Below are positions 39,535 to 50,594 of a stretch of DNA of 64,000 nucleotides, piece by piece. Below the pieces are notes generated by a model that was given only the letters and a program-made list of their open reading frames with translations, was not told the origin of the DNA and did no database searches. Each line of letters opens with the position of its first letter. Positions within the stretch are counted from its first letter, which is position 1. Both the position numbers and the translations under genes were made by a program. Origin of the DNA: Calcarisporiella thermophila CBS 279.70 (taxonomy: Eukaryota > Fungi > Calcarisporiellomycota); contig NW_027192208.1 in the NCBI RefSeq assembly GCF_041956535.1, forward strand, positions 211,036-275,035. The letters run 5' to 3'.

Positions 39535-40047
39535 CCCATGCTATACTTGTTTTGAGTTTAAATAGAATGCGTATTTCTTCTTTTCTACATATATGTTCAT
39601 GTCGGTTGAATCCCGAGGAAGAAAATGCTTTCCCTTTGATTTATTTCAATATGAGGGCGGCTCATTTGACTGCATCTAATTTACGAGAAAGTGATTAAAT
39701 TGGAGATACAGCCAATTTTTCTTGCGCAAATTTTGGTTTAGAAGAAGGCGTATGCCTCGAGTGGATACGTTTTTTTTCACACCTTATCGCAGTATACCTT
39801 CTTGGCTCATTCAAACTAATCTAGTCCATATTCTATACCCGAGCCCTCTCCGGACTTAGACTACCTTGGATCAGTTTTATTATATGACATTTACGTCTTA
39901 GGTTTAAGTGCCCTCCATTATACAGCTACTACGCCTGATTTTTCTTGATAGTACCCAATTGATATGCTAAACTTAAGTTTATTATATTTCCATACATTTC
40001 TGGTTCTAGAGACTTGTCTTTCGAGAATGAAATTCATGGAAGCCCCT

Positions 40048-40284
40048 TCAGCTTTTACGAACACAGCACAACTTTAGACACTTTTTGTAAGGAAGACCGG
40101 ATTGTCTACAGTCAAGCATGCAAATCGGAGGATAATAGCAGGTATATGCAGGAGAAGCGCTCTCAGTATCTGCTCCAGTCTGGACGGACGCGTCTTCCAA
40201 CGCTCTTTCCACAGTGGGGGCACCCTGTGAAAGCATGGCGAAGCAAAGAAGAGTAAAAGTAGTGGCGGTGGTAGTAATCTTCAT
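40048..40284 (-). CDS. Secreted prepropeptide, 6-Cys cationic mature peptide
   Basis: Signal MKITTTATTFTLLCFAMLSQG, acidic pro-region, C-terminal C-x5-C-x3-C-x9-C-x3-CC; TATA (tatatata) ~60 nt upstream. Confidence 0.8.
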   Translation of the reverse strand: MKITTTATTFTLLCFAMLSQGAPTVERALEDASVQTGADTESASPAYTCYYPPICMLDCRQSGLPYKKCLKLCCVRKS

Positions 40285-41753
40285 CTTGGTAGTTGATAGA
40301 ATGTAGTGTTATTTAGTTAACAGCTGAGAGAGTAACCAGGTATATATAGGCCAGAGACTTCTGCACGACATGAATTTATGAGCTGTTAGGAAATAAATCG
40401 GATAAAATCTTGGCTCCAACAAGGTAGAATGAATCATACGGACGTGAGAAAGAGCATGATACCAACAAGGGATAACCCATTGATCACTGTTGGCAAATGT
40501 CTCGGCCTCTTGAACTAAGCGATAGTAAACTTCAGTCAAAAAAGTTTGCTTTTTTATGTTGAAACCTAATTTCTAGTGAATAGCAAACTCTATCCGGTTA
40601 AACGAGTAAAATCCCTAACGAGTAGAGAATGTATAAGAGAAATGTACATTTTCCAAGATGATTTTAGTTAGCAATAGTGTCAAGATGTATTCTCTGACAA
40701 TATAGGGTAATTCATCTGTAATAATCTATATGTTTTCTTATGAGTGTTACCAAGCCTGGTATCTGTAAATTGGAAAAAATAAGGTTTATTAGCTGGCCTA
40801 GTGTTTGGTAACTTAAGTTTGCTCAAAAGGCCAGAAGATTACTCACTAATAACGTATGATTCACTTGCATATACAGCATCAACCCTTCGCGGGTAAAATT
40901 TCGGTGAATTCCTCCTTCAATTAGTTATTTGTGAATTTACTTAATAGCAACATCATGTACAAAAAGCGTTTTTTCTAAGAAATATGAATTAAACTAACAT
41001 CTCAAGTCTAAATATGAATTTAATTAATCTAAAACAAATGTATAAACTAATACCCTATCCAATTTTCATCAACCACACTATAATAATAATCTCTATTATT
41101 TTCATAGCATAGGGCACCTCTTGAAGTATATTTACTTGAGGCATGAAGGAAGATACCTCCCATCGCTGAAATTTTCCCCACAAGGGAAAAAGATATTAGA
41201 AATGAAAAAAAAGGGGGAAAAAAGCTTTCAAACCCAATTTTTCCTTATTCTAGTTAAAATTTCCTATAGTGGCATAAGGAAAACTACAAGCAAGATATTT
41301 CAACCACGATATCAGTAATTTTTTTCTATTGGATTCATATCTGTTGTGAATCTTGCTATTGCTACCTAATTTTTAAACAAAATTCATAATTCACTTAATT
41401 TTCATTATACACGTGTATAAAACAGTTCGGCCTGATTGAGCCTCTTAACCTAAGAACTGAGGATATCCTCAGACTGCTATGGTCTTCTAATTTGTGCTCG
41501 ACAGTGAAAGCAGTTAATTGAGAATGCAGCAAGACAAAACAATAAAAAGATGGTGGGTAAGATATTAAGCCTCTGTCCTCAGACAAAACATTTAAGAAAA
41601 AATTTAATAAGCAACAGCAAATAATAGGTATGATTAATAAGTAAACTTTTGGATAAATTGCTTGTCCCGAAAATGATCACAAGATAAAGTGAGTCATGAA
41701 AGCGTGAGAAAGTTGAAAAGACCCCAATTAAACAAAGTGTAGAGTTGTGTGAA

Positions 41754-42014
41754 ATGAGTTGGATGCCTGCTATTCCTTTCATCCTTATACGTCTTCTAGC
41801 CCTCCATAGTTACAGATATTTTTAGTGCGGTCCGTAGGCCGAAGAGAAGACTTAGGGGAATTTGAAATAGCGAATCCGGTATGCAGCTGGGTACAGTGCT
41901 GTATATTCCATGGGAAATGTGATCGTAGAATGCAAACCAGAAAACCTGCCGGCCTTCCGAGATATGTATTGCATAAATGAGAGATCATGCAGGTCGAGAT
42001 GCCTTCTTACATAA
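41754..42014 (+). pseudogene. Probable decayed paralogue of the 8-Cys peptide at 42822-43085
   Basis: Signal-like MSWMPAIPFILIRLLALHS; two frameshifts recover VCSWVQC...VECKPENLPAFRDMYC...RC with similar Cys spacing; 261 nt vs 264 nt. Confidence 0.5.
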
Positions 42015-42821
42015 TACAAAGTATCGATTGAGCATATAAAGTATACTGGACTATCTCTAAAAAACGAATTGATCGCACTAGGTTGAAGCCAATTTTTAAT
42101 TGAGAACAAAAATATGATTGTCTGATAATAGTGATCCTATTCTTTATTCCAATTCCGTTGAATAAAATAAAAATAAAATAAAATTGAATACTAAGCGAAA
42201 CTCGATATCGTTTGATAGGATAGATGAGAGAATTATGTAAGGACTGGCCAGTTAGGATCTCGTAGTGAAAGGATGAGAATTCTTACCTGAACCTAATGGA
42301 GTAGAGACCGATGTGCTAACAGGTCCAGCCACTCTATAGGCTCTGCTATCGTGTGAAATAATTGCTGACGCGGCTGTCGAATGCAATTTCATGTATATGA
42401 ATTTTGAGTCGAGTGTATATAATGTATTGAAGACGACTGAAGATGATTTCATTGTAATAAATCGTATCGTTACTCTGCTCAGCTATATTTTAATATCATC
42501 CAATATTTTGCATTATATTACTGAAAGCGGTAAATGATGAGGTCATTGAGCTTAGTATTTATTTTAATCATGCATAGCAAAGTACTTCGGATTCGAGGGT
42601 CGGAAAGGAAATACTGGCCGTTTTTAGCGCGCTTGTTTACTTCTCAAGTTTTATATTACTATATCTTCATCTTTCAAAACTTAAGATATTATGCTTCGAC
42701 GGAGAACTGCTCATAGGTAATCAGAACGCATTAAAATAAAATAACATTTCTAGGATAGAATCTTCCTAATATAACTATTACTAATTACACTTTACAATAG
42801 ATTGATCTATTACAATTAAAT

Positions 42822-43085
42822 TTAAGGATAACAATGAGCATCCACCCCACGTCTGTTACAGCACTTCATGAACTTGTCAATATTATCATTAATGCAATCC
42901 CAGTATTTATCATTCCTCTCGTACCACCCGCAAATATTTTCACCACAAATATAGGTTGGCCACTTTCCAGGCAACTTTTTGCTATTGCTACAGAAGCATC
43001 TTAAACGCTCAGCCCCTGCCATTCCGCAGAGTGCAATGGCTACTGACAGGAGGAATATGAACTTAAAAATATTGTACTTGAACAT
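42822..43085 (-). CDS. Small secreted 8-Cys protein (87 aa)
   Basis: ATG 43085; signal MFKYNIFKFIFLLSVAIALCGMAGA; CxC-x14-C-x4-C-x11-C-x10-CC-x8-C; 5'-UTR intron 43093-43164; TATA at 43237-43247. Confidence 0.85.
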   Translation of the reverse strand: MFKYNIFKFIFLLSVAIALCGMAGAERLRCFCSNSKKLPGKWPTYICGENICGWYERNDKYWDCINDNIDKFMKCCNRRGVDAHCYP

Positions 43086-43089
43086 TTTA

Positions 43090-44140
43090 GCCCTAGAACA
43101 ATAATACGAGTGGAGTATTAGTTGTAATAGAGAAAGGCACACTATTTTCAGTTTGTATACATACCAGAATAAGGTGAATAATAAGAGGAGGAGAATTAGG
43201 CGTATTAACGAGTGGCTTCCTTTAAGGAAAATGAGGCCTTTATATAGTCTTTCAGAGGATACAAGTGCCTAGAATCTTAGCGTATTATTAGCCGAATTTC
43301 ATCTCCATTTTGCCATTAGTTAAGCCAAAAAAGGGTACTCAATCTCGATCATTAACGACTCTATAACGCAAGCCCCCGGTGATTTTTCGTAGGCTTCAGC
43401 TTCTCCGGCTCCCGAATCTCAGCTCCTCTATTCTTACTGTTAGACATGGACAAAATCTCGACTAAATAACTCCGCTCAAATACAATTCCTCTCGCCACTA
43501 GCCACCTTTGCTTATGGCGTGTACGAATACACCCCGATATATTAAATCAGGTTCCATGCATTACAAGCATTTCTATACTCGCTCCATACAAAGGGTAACG
43601 GGAGATTGATCGTGACAATGTGTAAAAGAGAAAAGATTGCGCCTCCCGCCTGATTGGTCAAACATAAAATTCTAACTCAACTACCAAAGACATACTCGGC
43701 ACTGTTGATTATCTATATATTTAGTTAGAGTGTTCGTTTAATTTATTGTACCGGATTTTGACTGACTTTCTCAGTTGCTGTATTGCGATCCAGTAAAGTA
43801 AAAGATCAAACGAAGTTTAGCAATGACGTGGCTTCTGCGGAGCTAATATTTGTAATAAAAAAACAAAGAGGCTTAATAATAACGCAGCTGCATATAGATC
43901 CTCCTATATTGGCATGGGAAGCTATGTCATATCTTTGCATTTTGTCAGTACTAGCTCGGAATAAATTTGAAGCAATTTTATTTCCTGTGTTGAGAACTAA
44001 TGGGGGACTGACGTGCTGAGTTGAGTTGGGTCGAAATTTGTCTTCTACGCTAATGTTCGGATCAAAAAAGAGAACTGGTTTGTAAAGAGATTAGATACTG
44101 AAACGAAGGAGCTAAGTTTTTCCATTCCAAATCCATGATA
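43090..44140 (-). promoter_or_regulatory. Promoter/5'-UTR cassette copy 1 (homologous to 45090-46040)
   Basis: Collinear blocks shared with copy 2: cctttatatag, ccaaaaaagggt, tcaatctcgatc, taggcttcagct, cgccactagccacc, cgctccatac. Confidence 0.8.
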
Positions 44141-44705
44141 TTATCGAATATTCCCACGTACCCCCAAAAAATCAACAAAGTAACCGACAATTGACATTTG
44201 TGCCCAGTTCATTCGAAAAAATTTACAACCGTTATATCGATATATGCCTCTACTATTCAAAGATATCACTTTTAAAGTTTCAGCTTTCTATTAGCATACT
44301 ATAAATTATAAATGTAGTCAAGTAGAAGTCAATTTATGAAAATCAGTTTAAACAGAGTTTTTTTAAATATGGTAAAGCTCTAATACTGAGGCTCTCAATA
44401 CAAATCACATCAGGCTGAATAATCTATTATAATGTATATAAGAGAGTGTATATTGGACAATGAAACGGCAAAAATTATTGAAAGATAACCGCTATTTCAG
44501 TGTTAAACCCTTGAAAGTAGGGCGAAATAAGCATCACTCTTGTATACTACACTACGTTTTCCAGCAAATAAGTTCAGATTCACACGTTAGAGATGCTTGC
44601 AAAATCAAGGCTCATTATAAGAATAAACAGATACAATTTGGAATGCATTTTGGTATTATGTAGCTCTTTTATTAATATTATAAATTATATCATTATAGGT
44701 ACTAA

Positions 44706-45089
44706 TTACTTCTTACAGGTGTTAACATCAAGTTCAGTAATACAGCCTTGAATTTTAAAGCTCTTCAAGGTCCTGCCCTTTTTGCTTGTCTCGGGTTTTG
44801 ACCAGCTTCCGTCAGAATGTCCCAAATCATTGTTCCTGCAGAGAGGGTCCGAATGCAAGGTAATAACACAGCGGCTAAAGGGGGTCAAAGTGCAAAACTG
44901 GAACGACCTCACGCCTTTATCCGTAATGCTCTTAGCCAATGCATAGCAGTCGTTCTTGGCAGAGGTTGATTTCCACTCCTGGTACTTTCCAGTGTAATCA
45001 GTTCCTGTATAAACACCCATAAACCATGCGTCTGCAACATTAGACAAAAGTGCCAAGGCACAAAGGAAGATACAAAATGCGAATTTCAT
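44706..45089 (-). CDS. Small secreted protein, beta/gamma-crystallin-like Greek-key pattern (127 aa)
   Basis: ATG 45089; signal MKFAFCIFLCALALLSNVADA; VYTGTDYTG...CYAL...VRSF and ITLHSDPLC...LKSFKI; 6 Cys in mature part; 5'-UTR intron with GTATGT donor at 45175. Confidence 0.85.
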   Translation of the reverse strand: MKFAFCIFLCALALLSNVADAWFMGVYTGTDYTGKYQEWKSTSAKNDCYALAKSITDKGVRSFQFCTLTPFSRCVITLHSDPLCRNNDLGHSDGSWSKPETSKKGRTLKSFKIQGCITELDVNTCKK

Positions 45090-46040
45090 TGTTCTATAGT
45101 GAATTTGAGCCAACTATTGAGATGTACAATTAGATAAGACAGGGGATGGAGCTTTCCATCTTATTTTCTACATACCTAGGTGGTTTGTGTAGATAGTTGA
45201 GGGGAATGATTAGGAGTTCTATTAATTTATGGCGTCCACAAACGAGATCAAGCCCTTTATATAGCCTTTTCAAGGATCCCAGGATTCTTAGCATACCATT
45301 AGCCGTATTTCATTTCTATTTTGCCGTTTAGTTAAACCAAAAAAGGGTGATCAATCTCGATCCTTTCGCAACTCCGCGACACGAGCCCCAGGTGAGTAAT
45401 CCTCGAGCATAGGCTTCAGCTCCTTTGTCTTCCGAAATCTCAGCATTTACTTCTTGAACGCTAAAAATATTTCTCCGCCTTAATTTAAATTCATTCGCCA
45501 CTAGCCACCATTCGACATATTGAGAGTACAATACTTTCCTGTATATTGAACTATCTTCGACCTATTAAAGGCGCAACCATGTCCGCTCCATACGAGAATG
45601 ATTGAGAGATTTAGTGTGACACAATAAAATACCCTCAACAAATTACGCCTCGCGTCTGATTCGCCAACAATGCAATTCCGACTTGACTTCCAAAGATTTG
45701 CTAGCAAAATCTCTGGCGTTTTGAAAATAGTTCATGAAATTTATTGATTGCAATGGGTTTGGACAGACTTTCTAAGCAATTTTTGTGGCACAGTTGAGTA
45801 AACAGTAAAATGAAGCCAGACAATGGAATGGAACCTATGGAGTTAATATCTGTGAGTAAACTACAGACTATATCGCCCTTAACCAAATAAGCCCTAATCG
45901 TATGCAAAATATTGTAAGAGCCAAGAGTCATGGCAAACGTCGAGTTCTACGTTGAAGCTCTAATCAAGGCGTTCAAAAATTTAGATGCAACATAATCATG
46001 ATTAGAAGAACCAAGGTTCTCCATTCAAAATCTGTAATAT
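45090..46040 (-). promoter_or_regulatory. Promoter/5'-UTR cassette copy 2 (homologous to 43090-44140)
   Basis: Same collinear blocks at 45254, 45337, 45351, 45410, 45496; TATA at 45254-45264. Confidence 0.8.
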
Positions 46041-46499
46041 GCAATACGATTGGCACCTATGCATATTCCAAACAAAACAGATGAAATGTGCAGTGGTAAA
46101 TCAATACAGAGTGCTACCAATCTAAATTTTCATTTACGGACCCCCGAACATCAAAAGCTGTATTTCTGTACATTAACATGATATCGGTGATACCAATACA
46201 CCAATGCATATTGTTTTAGTTGTTGTCCCAAAAAGATAAATTTAAAATATTAGCCTCTAAGTATGTGGCCTTCATAGCACATTTCAGGTTCCGCAATTCG
46301 TCCATATTTCTATTGATTACGTCAACGTAACGTAAACTAGCAGATAGATATAAAAGTATTAGTGAGTGGGAAACATTGAAAAAGAAGTTGTATTTTGGAA
46401 TCAAAGTTGAGTGAATTTTACGGCATACATATTCTAGGCTACGTTCCTACATTTATACGTCGCTTAATCTGCCCACCAGTGATATTCCGGCGTTTTTTT

Positions 46500-47345
46500 A
46501 ATATGGTATGAAACGAGAAATAAAAGTGTTTTGATACATTTTGGGATTATTTGGCTCTTTTATGATAAAAATTCATATCATTGCAGAAAATAATCGCTCT
46601 CCTCACGTTTTAACATCAATATCAGTAATGCAAGGCTTGAACTTTTAAAGCACCTCTTGATCCTATATTTTTGTGAATCTCACATTTCCATCATCTTCTA
46701 AGGTCACCTGTGACCGTTCCTGTAGAAAGAATCCAATAACCTTAATGATAATTTCTACTTCTTCTGTGTTCACTTCCAATCACCCAGCAAATGAGACAGC
46801 ATTTCTCGAGCGATCAGTCGGGATCTTCGATCCTCGAACCGTTGTCAAATTTTCCAATCACATTACCAGTATGCACCATTGAATCCTCCTCTGTCTTATT
46901 ACGAATCTCCAAGTTACTATAGACCACCTCTCCCCAAAAAACATCCCATGTAGATTTAGCAAAATGAAATTCAAAGACGAAGATAAAGATAGATATACTC
47001 CTTTCCCAGCAAGGCCTCGCCAGATCCAGCCCTACCAGAAATTCCTTCTTGTCATTAAAATCAATGAGTCATTATCCTAGAAAAATTCATGTAGCATGCC
47101 TTCATTTGCTATTGAATAAAAAGGTAAATATTCCAATCTGCAACATCATGCGGAGCATTCTACTTCCTCTATCCGACTTAAATATTGGCGACACTAGCTC
47201 TAAACTCAAGAAGCGGATTTGATGCAAATTTTTACACTCCATCTACGTGAGGCAATTAGTTATACTTCCAAATCAATACGTTCTTTAACCATTTCCTGTT
47301 GTAGTTTACTCCTCCTTATTTTTAATTCTCTCAGTTTGACATCGG
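46500..47345 (-). pseudogene. Degraded coding-like sequence of unknown family
   Basis: One minus frame reads as protein-like text interrupted by several stops (…LEVNTEEVEIIIKVIGFFLQERSQVTLEDDGNVRFTKI*DQEVL*KF…); no family recognised. Confidence 0.25.
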
Positions 47346-48391
47346 ATAAAATTACGTTTTACACAATCTTTTTGGCATATTTTGAGCTTTTTTTTAATTA
47401 TATTGATAAAGATTAGATAAAAAGTTCTGAGAAGATACATAGGCCAGATATAATAGAGGAAAGAGATTTGGCGAAAAATGTTAGACATAAAATTTAGTTG
47501 AGAGAGCATAGCTTAGTTATATAATATACAAATTAAAGCGTGGCTTACCCACTCATGACTTTTCCATCTAGCAATATTTATATCGTATTCCTTCCACTAA
47601 TTTAAACGTGATTACTCCAGGGACTGCAATTGCATTCCTCAATCTGTTTACTAATGAATTTAGCTGCGCCACTAAACATTTAGATGGTGTGACATTCTAG
47701 AGAATTGTTTGGAAATACCAAGTGAGCATTTGCCGAACATTTAACGAATTAAAAGCTTCCCATTAATATACTAGTTTCTAAAAGTATGTGGTATGTACCA
47801 AATATTAAAGCAATAAAGATGTCGGTTACATCGATTGTCAGAATAAGACTGCCAACGAATGAGTTATTATTTCGATTACAATACATGGTATGACTCTGCT
47901 TAACAAAGTTATTATTAGTGTGGATTTCGGTCGCCACATTATTAATTAAGCTATCTGTACTATCTATTTAATGCAACCATAAACCACAGGCTGAACATAG
48001 CCGAAAAAAAATCTTTGATTTAAGTCTAATTGGATTACATTTCGTTACTAAGCTCAGTGTTTGTGGCTGCTTAGTAAAAGATCACAGTCCTTGCTTCACA
48101 ATGAAGAGGTCGCTCCTTAAATATACGTATGCTGATCCCGGAGATCAAATACAAATTCAACAAAGAAGAAAGAAAACGCGTTTGTAACTAACCACATCAC
48201 CTTGCGGAATAGACCGTCGAAGTCCGCAGTCCATTATATTCTCATTGGCATCAAGCTAAAAGCACTATATAAGCTACGAGATTTTCAATTTACTACTAAA
48301 GATTTTACTCAGTGTCTTTGCTATTTCCAAGCCAATCTCTAAATAGAAGATTACTTTTATATATAGAACCTTTTATTAATTTATACTCAAT

Positions 48392-48706
48392 ATGAAGCTC
48401 TCTGTTTTTGTCGCTCTTATTGCCTCGACTCTCACCATTTCCAGTGCCTGTACTGTTGATATCATCAGAAACGGCAGAGTTGCCTACACCCATGGCAGTG
48501 ATAAATGCCAGTCTGTTGATTCAACCGTTTCCCATGCAGTGTTTCGCAATTGCCCAAAGTGCGCAGCGATTGGATTCCATTGCGCAAATGGAGAGGTATG
48601 GGGTTATGGCCTCGAAAAAGCGGAAAAAGAACTTACTATTGCCCCAGTTCCCAAATCTTGCAAGGTTGTGAAGACTTGTTTCAAGTTGAACGACTGCAGA
48701 AAGTAA
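48392..48706 (+). CDS. Small secreted 8-Cys protein (104 aa), copy 1
   Basis: Signal MKLSVFVALIASTLTISSA; 8 Cys all conserved in copy 2; TATA ctatataag ~48265. Confidence 0.88.
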   Translation: MKLSVFVALIASTLTISSACTVDIIRNGRVAYTHGSDKCQSVDSTVSHAVFRNCPKCAAIGFHCANGEVWGYGLEKAEKELTIAPVPKSCKVVKTCFKLNDCRK

Positions 48707-50278
48707 TTGTAAAGATATGGAGTGTTTTATTTGATTAAGATATATTTTGAAAATATAAATAAATATAATTCAAATCCTCTAACTGGAATTGCATTCGAAA
48801 AAACTAAGTTGCATATTGAACATTTTAATAGAAAGTGAAAAAGATCAAACTATAAATAGTGTTTATAGTGTTTTAAGGGAATAAAATAAAATCGACTGAA
48901 AATAGAGTATATGCAAAGTAAAGTTTTATTTGCATGAGATTGCTTCGGAATAGCGCATCTATATATATAATGAAATGTATTCGTTTTTCTTTGACAGAAA
49001 CTCTTGTTGAACAGCATTATGTACTATATTCAGAGTAGGCTTCTTCGTCAATATTACCCAGTAGGTCCAAATGATCTGGCATATAAGGTCGTGAATTTTT
49101 TAAAGAATAAATAATTCGAATCAAAATTCCGCTGCTTTCGTGCATATATAATTTCCATATACAGAATGCTACAGAAAAAGAAAGTGCTCGGTATTATCTA
49201 ATTTAAGTTAATATTAGTATTATTCTTAACTATTTTTACATACATTTTGACATAAACTAAGACTTTTTCTCTTATCTTAATTACCTAGGCAGAGATTGGT
49301 GGGGTTATACTAAGAAGATATGTAAAAAATTTGATGGAAAAAGATAAACTATGATACTAATATAGCGAATAATGATAGATTCATTGTTCAAATGGGAACT
49401 CATAATTATGTTAAATATTTTACAGGCATGACTTCCCCACTCTTAATACCACTACACCTTAATCTTTCCACCTTGGCAAAAATAGATCGCGCCCCTACCA
49501 TTCATTGAGGTTTAATCAACCTACTGCTATTGCATCATTCAATTCCGTTTAAAGAAATATCAGCTGCGCCACTATTCGTATAAATGGCCTGATATTTAAG
49601 AATACTTTTGGGAAATATCAAGAGAAACCTACGTATTAAACTAATTAATTAAAATTTTCCCAATAGTATACTAGCTCCTACTTAAAACATGTGGTACATA
49701 CTAATATGGAATAAATAAAGTAAAGGTATCGGTGTCAGCGATTGTCAGAATAAGAAGATGTATGGTTGTCGTGGTTACAATTCACAGTATGATTATGCCT
49801 AGCGTAACAATTATTAGCGTGAATTTCAGTCGCTGCGCTGCAAATTAGGCTATCTATTTAATGCACTCATAAACCACCGGCCGATATAGCCGAAAAAAAA
49901 TGCTTGATTCAAGTCTGATTGGATTACTTTTTGGTTCTTAGCTTAGTTTTTGTGATAGCTTAGTAGAAGTGTGTGGTTCTTGCCTCACGATGAAGAGGTC
50001 GCTCCTTAAAATATATGTGCTGACCCCTAAGTTTAAACGTAAATATAACAAAAACAGAAAGAAATCACGTTTGTGATCAACCACATCACCTTGCGGAATA
50101 GACAGCCATAGTCAGCAGTCCAGTTTATTCCCATAGGCACATAGCTAAAATCACTATAAATGTTATGAAATTTTTGACTTGCTACCAAAGTTTTTACTCA
50201 GTGTCTTTGCTATTTCCTAGTCAATCTCTAGTTAGAGATTATCTTTGTATATAGAATCTTAGTTGATTATTACTCAAT

Positions 50279-50594
50279 ATGAAGCTCTCTTGTTTTTGTC
50301 GCTCTTATTGCCTCGACTCTCACCATTTCCAGTGCCTGTACTGTTGATATCATCAGAAACGGCAGAGTTGCCTACACCCATGGCAGTGATAAATGCCAGT
50401 CTGTTGATTCAACCGTTTCCCATGCAGTGTTTCGCAATTGCCCGAAGTGCGCAGCAATTGCATTCAAGTGCGCAGATGGAGGGCAATATGGATATCGTCT
50501 CGAAAAAGCGGAAAAGGAACTTGGTCTTGCCCCAGTTCCTAAATCTTGTAAAGTTGTGAAGACTTGTTTCATTTTGAACGAATGTAAAAAGTAA
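50279..50594 (+). pseudogene. Small secreted 8-Cys protein copy 2 with +1 frameshift (pseudogene or sequencing indel)
   Basis: atgaagctctctTgttttt vs atgaagctctctgttttt in copy 1; removing one T gives an intact 104-aa ORF ending TAA 50592-50594. Confidence 0.8.

Noticed and set aside
40620-40930. Possible exon/intron-like relic on the minus strand
   Set aside because: No consistent frame or recognisable product.
41395-41586. ORF with ubiquitin-like fragments (KLED...VLRLRGS)
   Set aside because: Spacing does not match ubiquitin, there is no GG terminus and no ATG start; too short to support.
41823-41870. Four in-frame TAG stops suggesting readthrough, A-to-I editing or RIP-like mutation
   Set aside because: An alternative frame is open across this stretch and supplies the expected C-x4-C motif, so frameshifts explain it more simply. 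TAG is a normal stop in PEP4, nicastrin and ERD1.
42252-42452. 66-aa ATG ORF with a downstream GTAAGA donor-like site
   Set aside because: No signal peptide, Cys pattern or second exon could be established.
48408-50559. Alternative-frame ORFs 48408-48671 and 50263-50559
   Set aside because: Off-frame readings of the duplicated 8-Cys gene; the signal peptide and conserved Cys identify the true frame.
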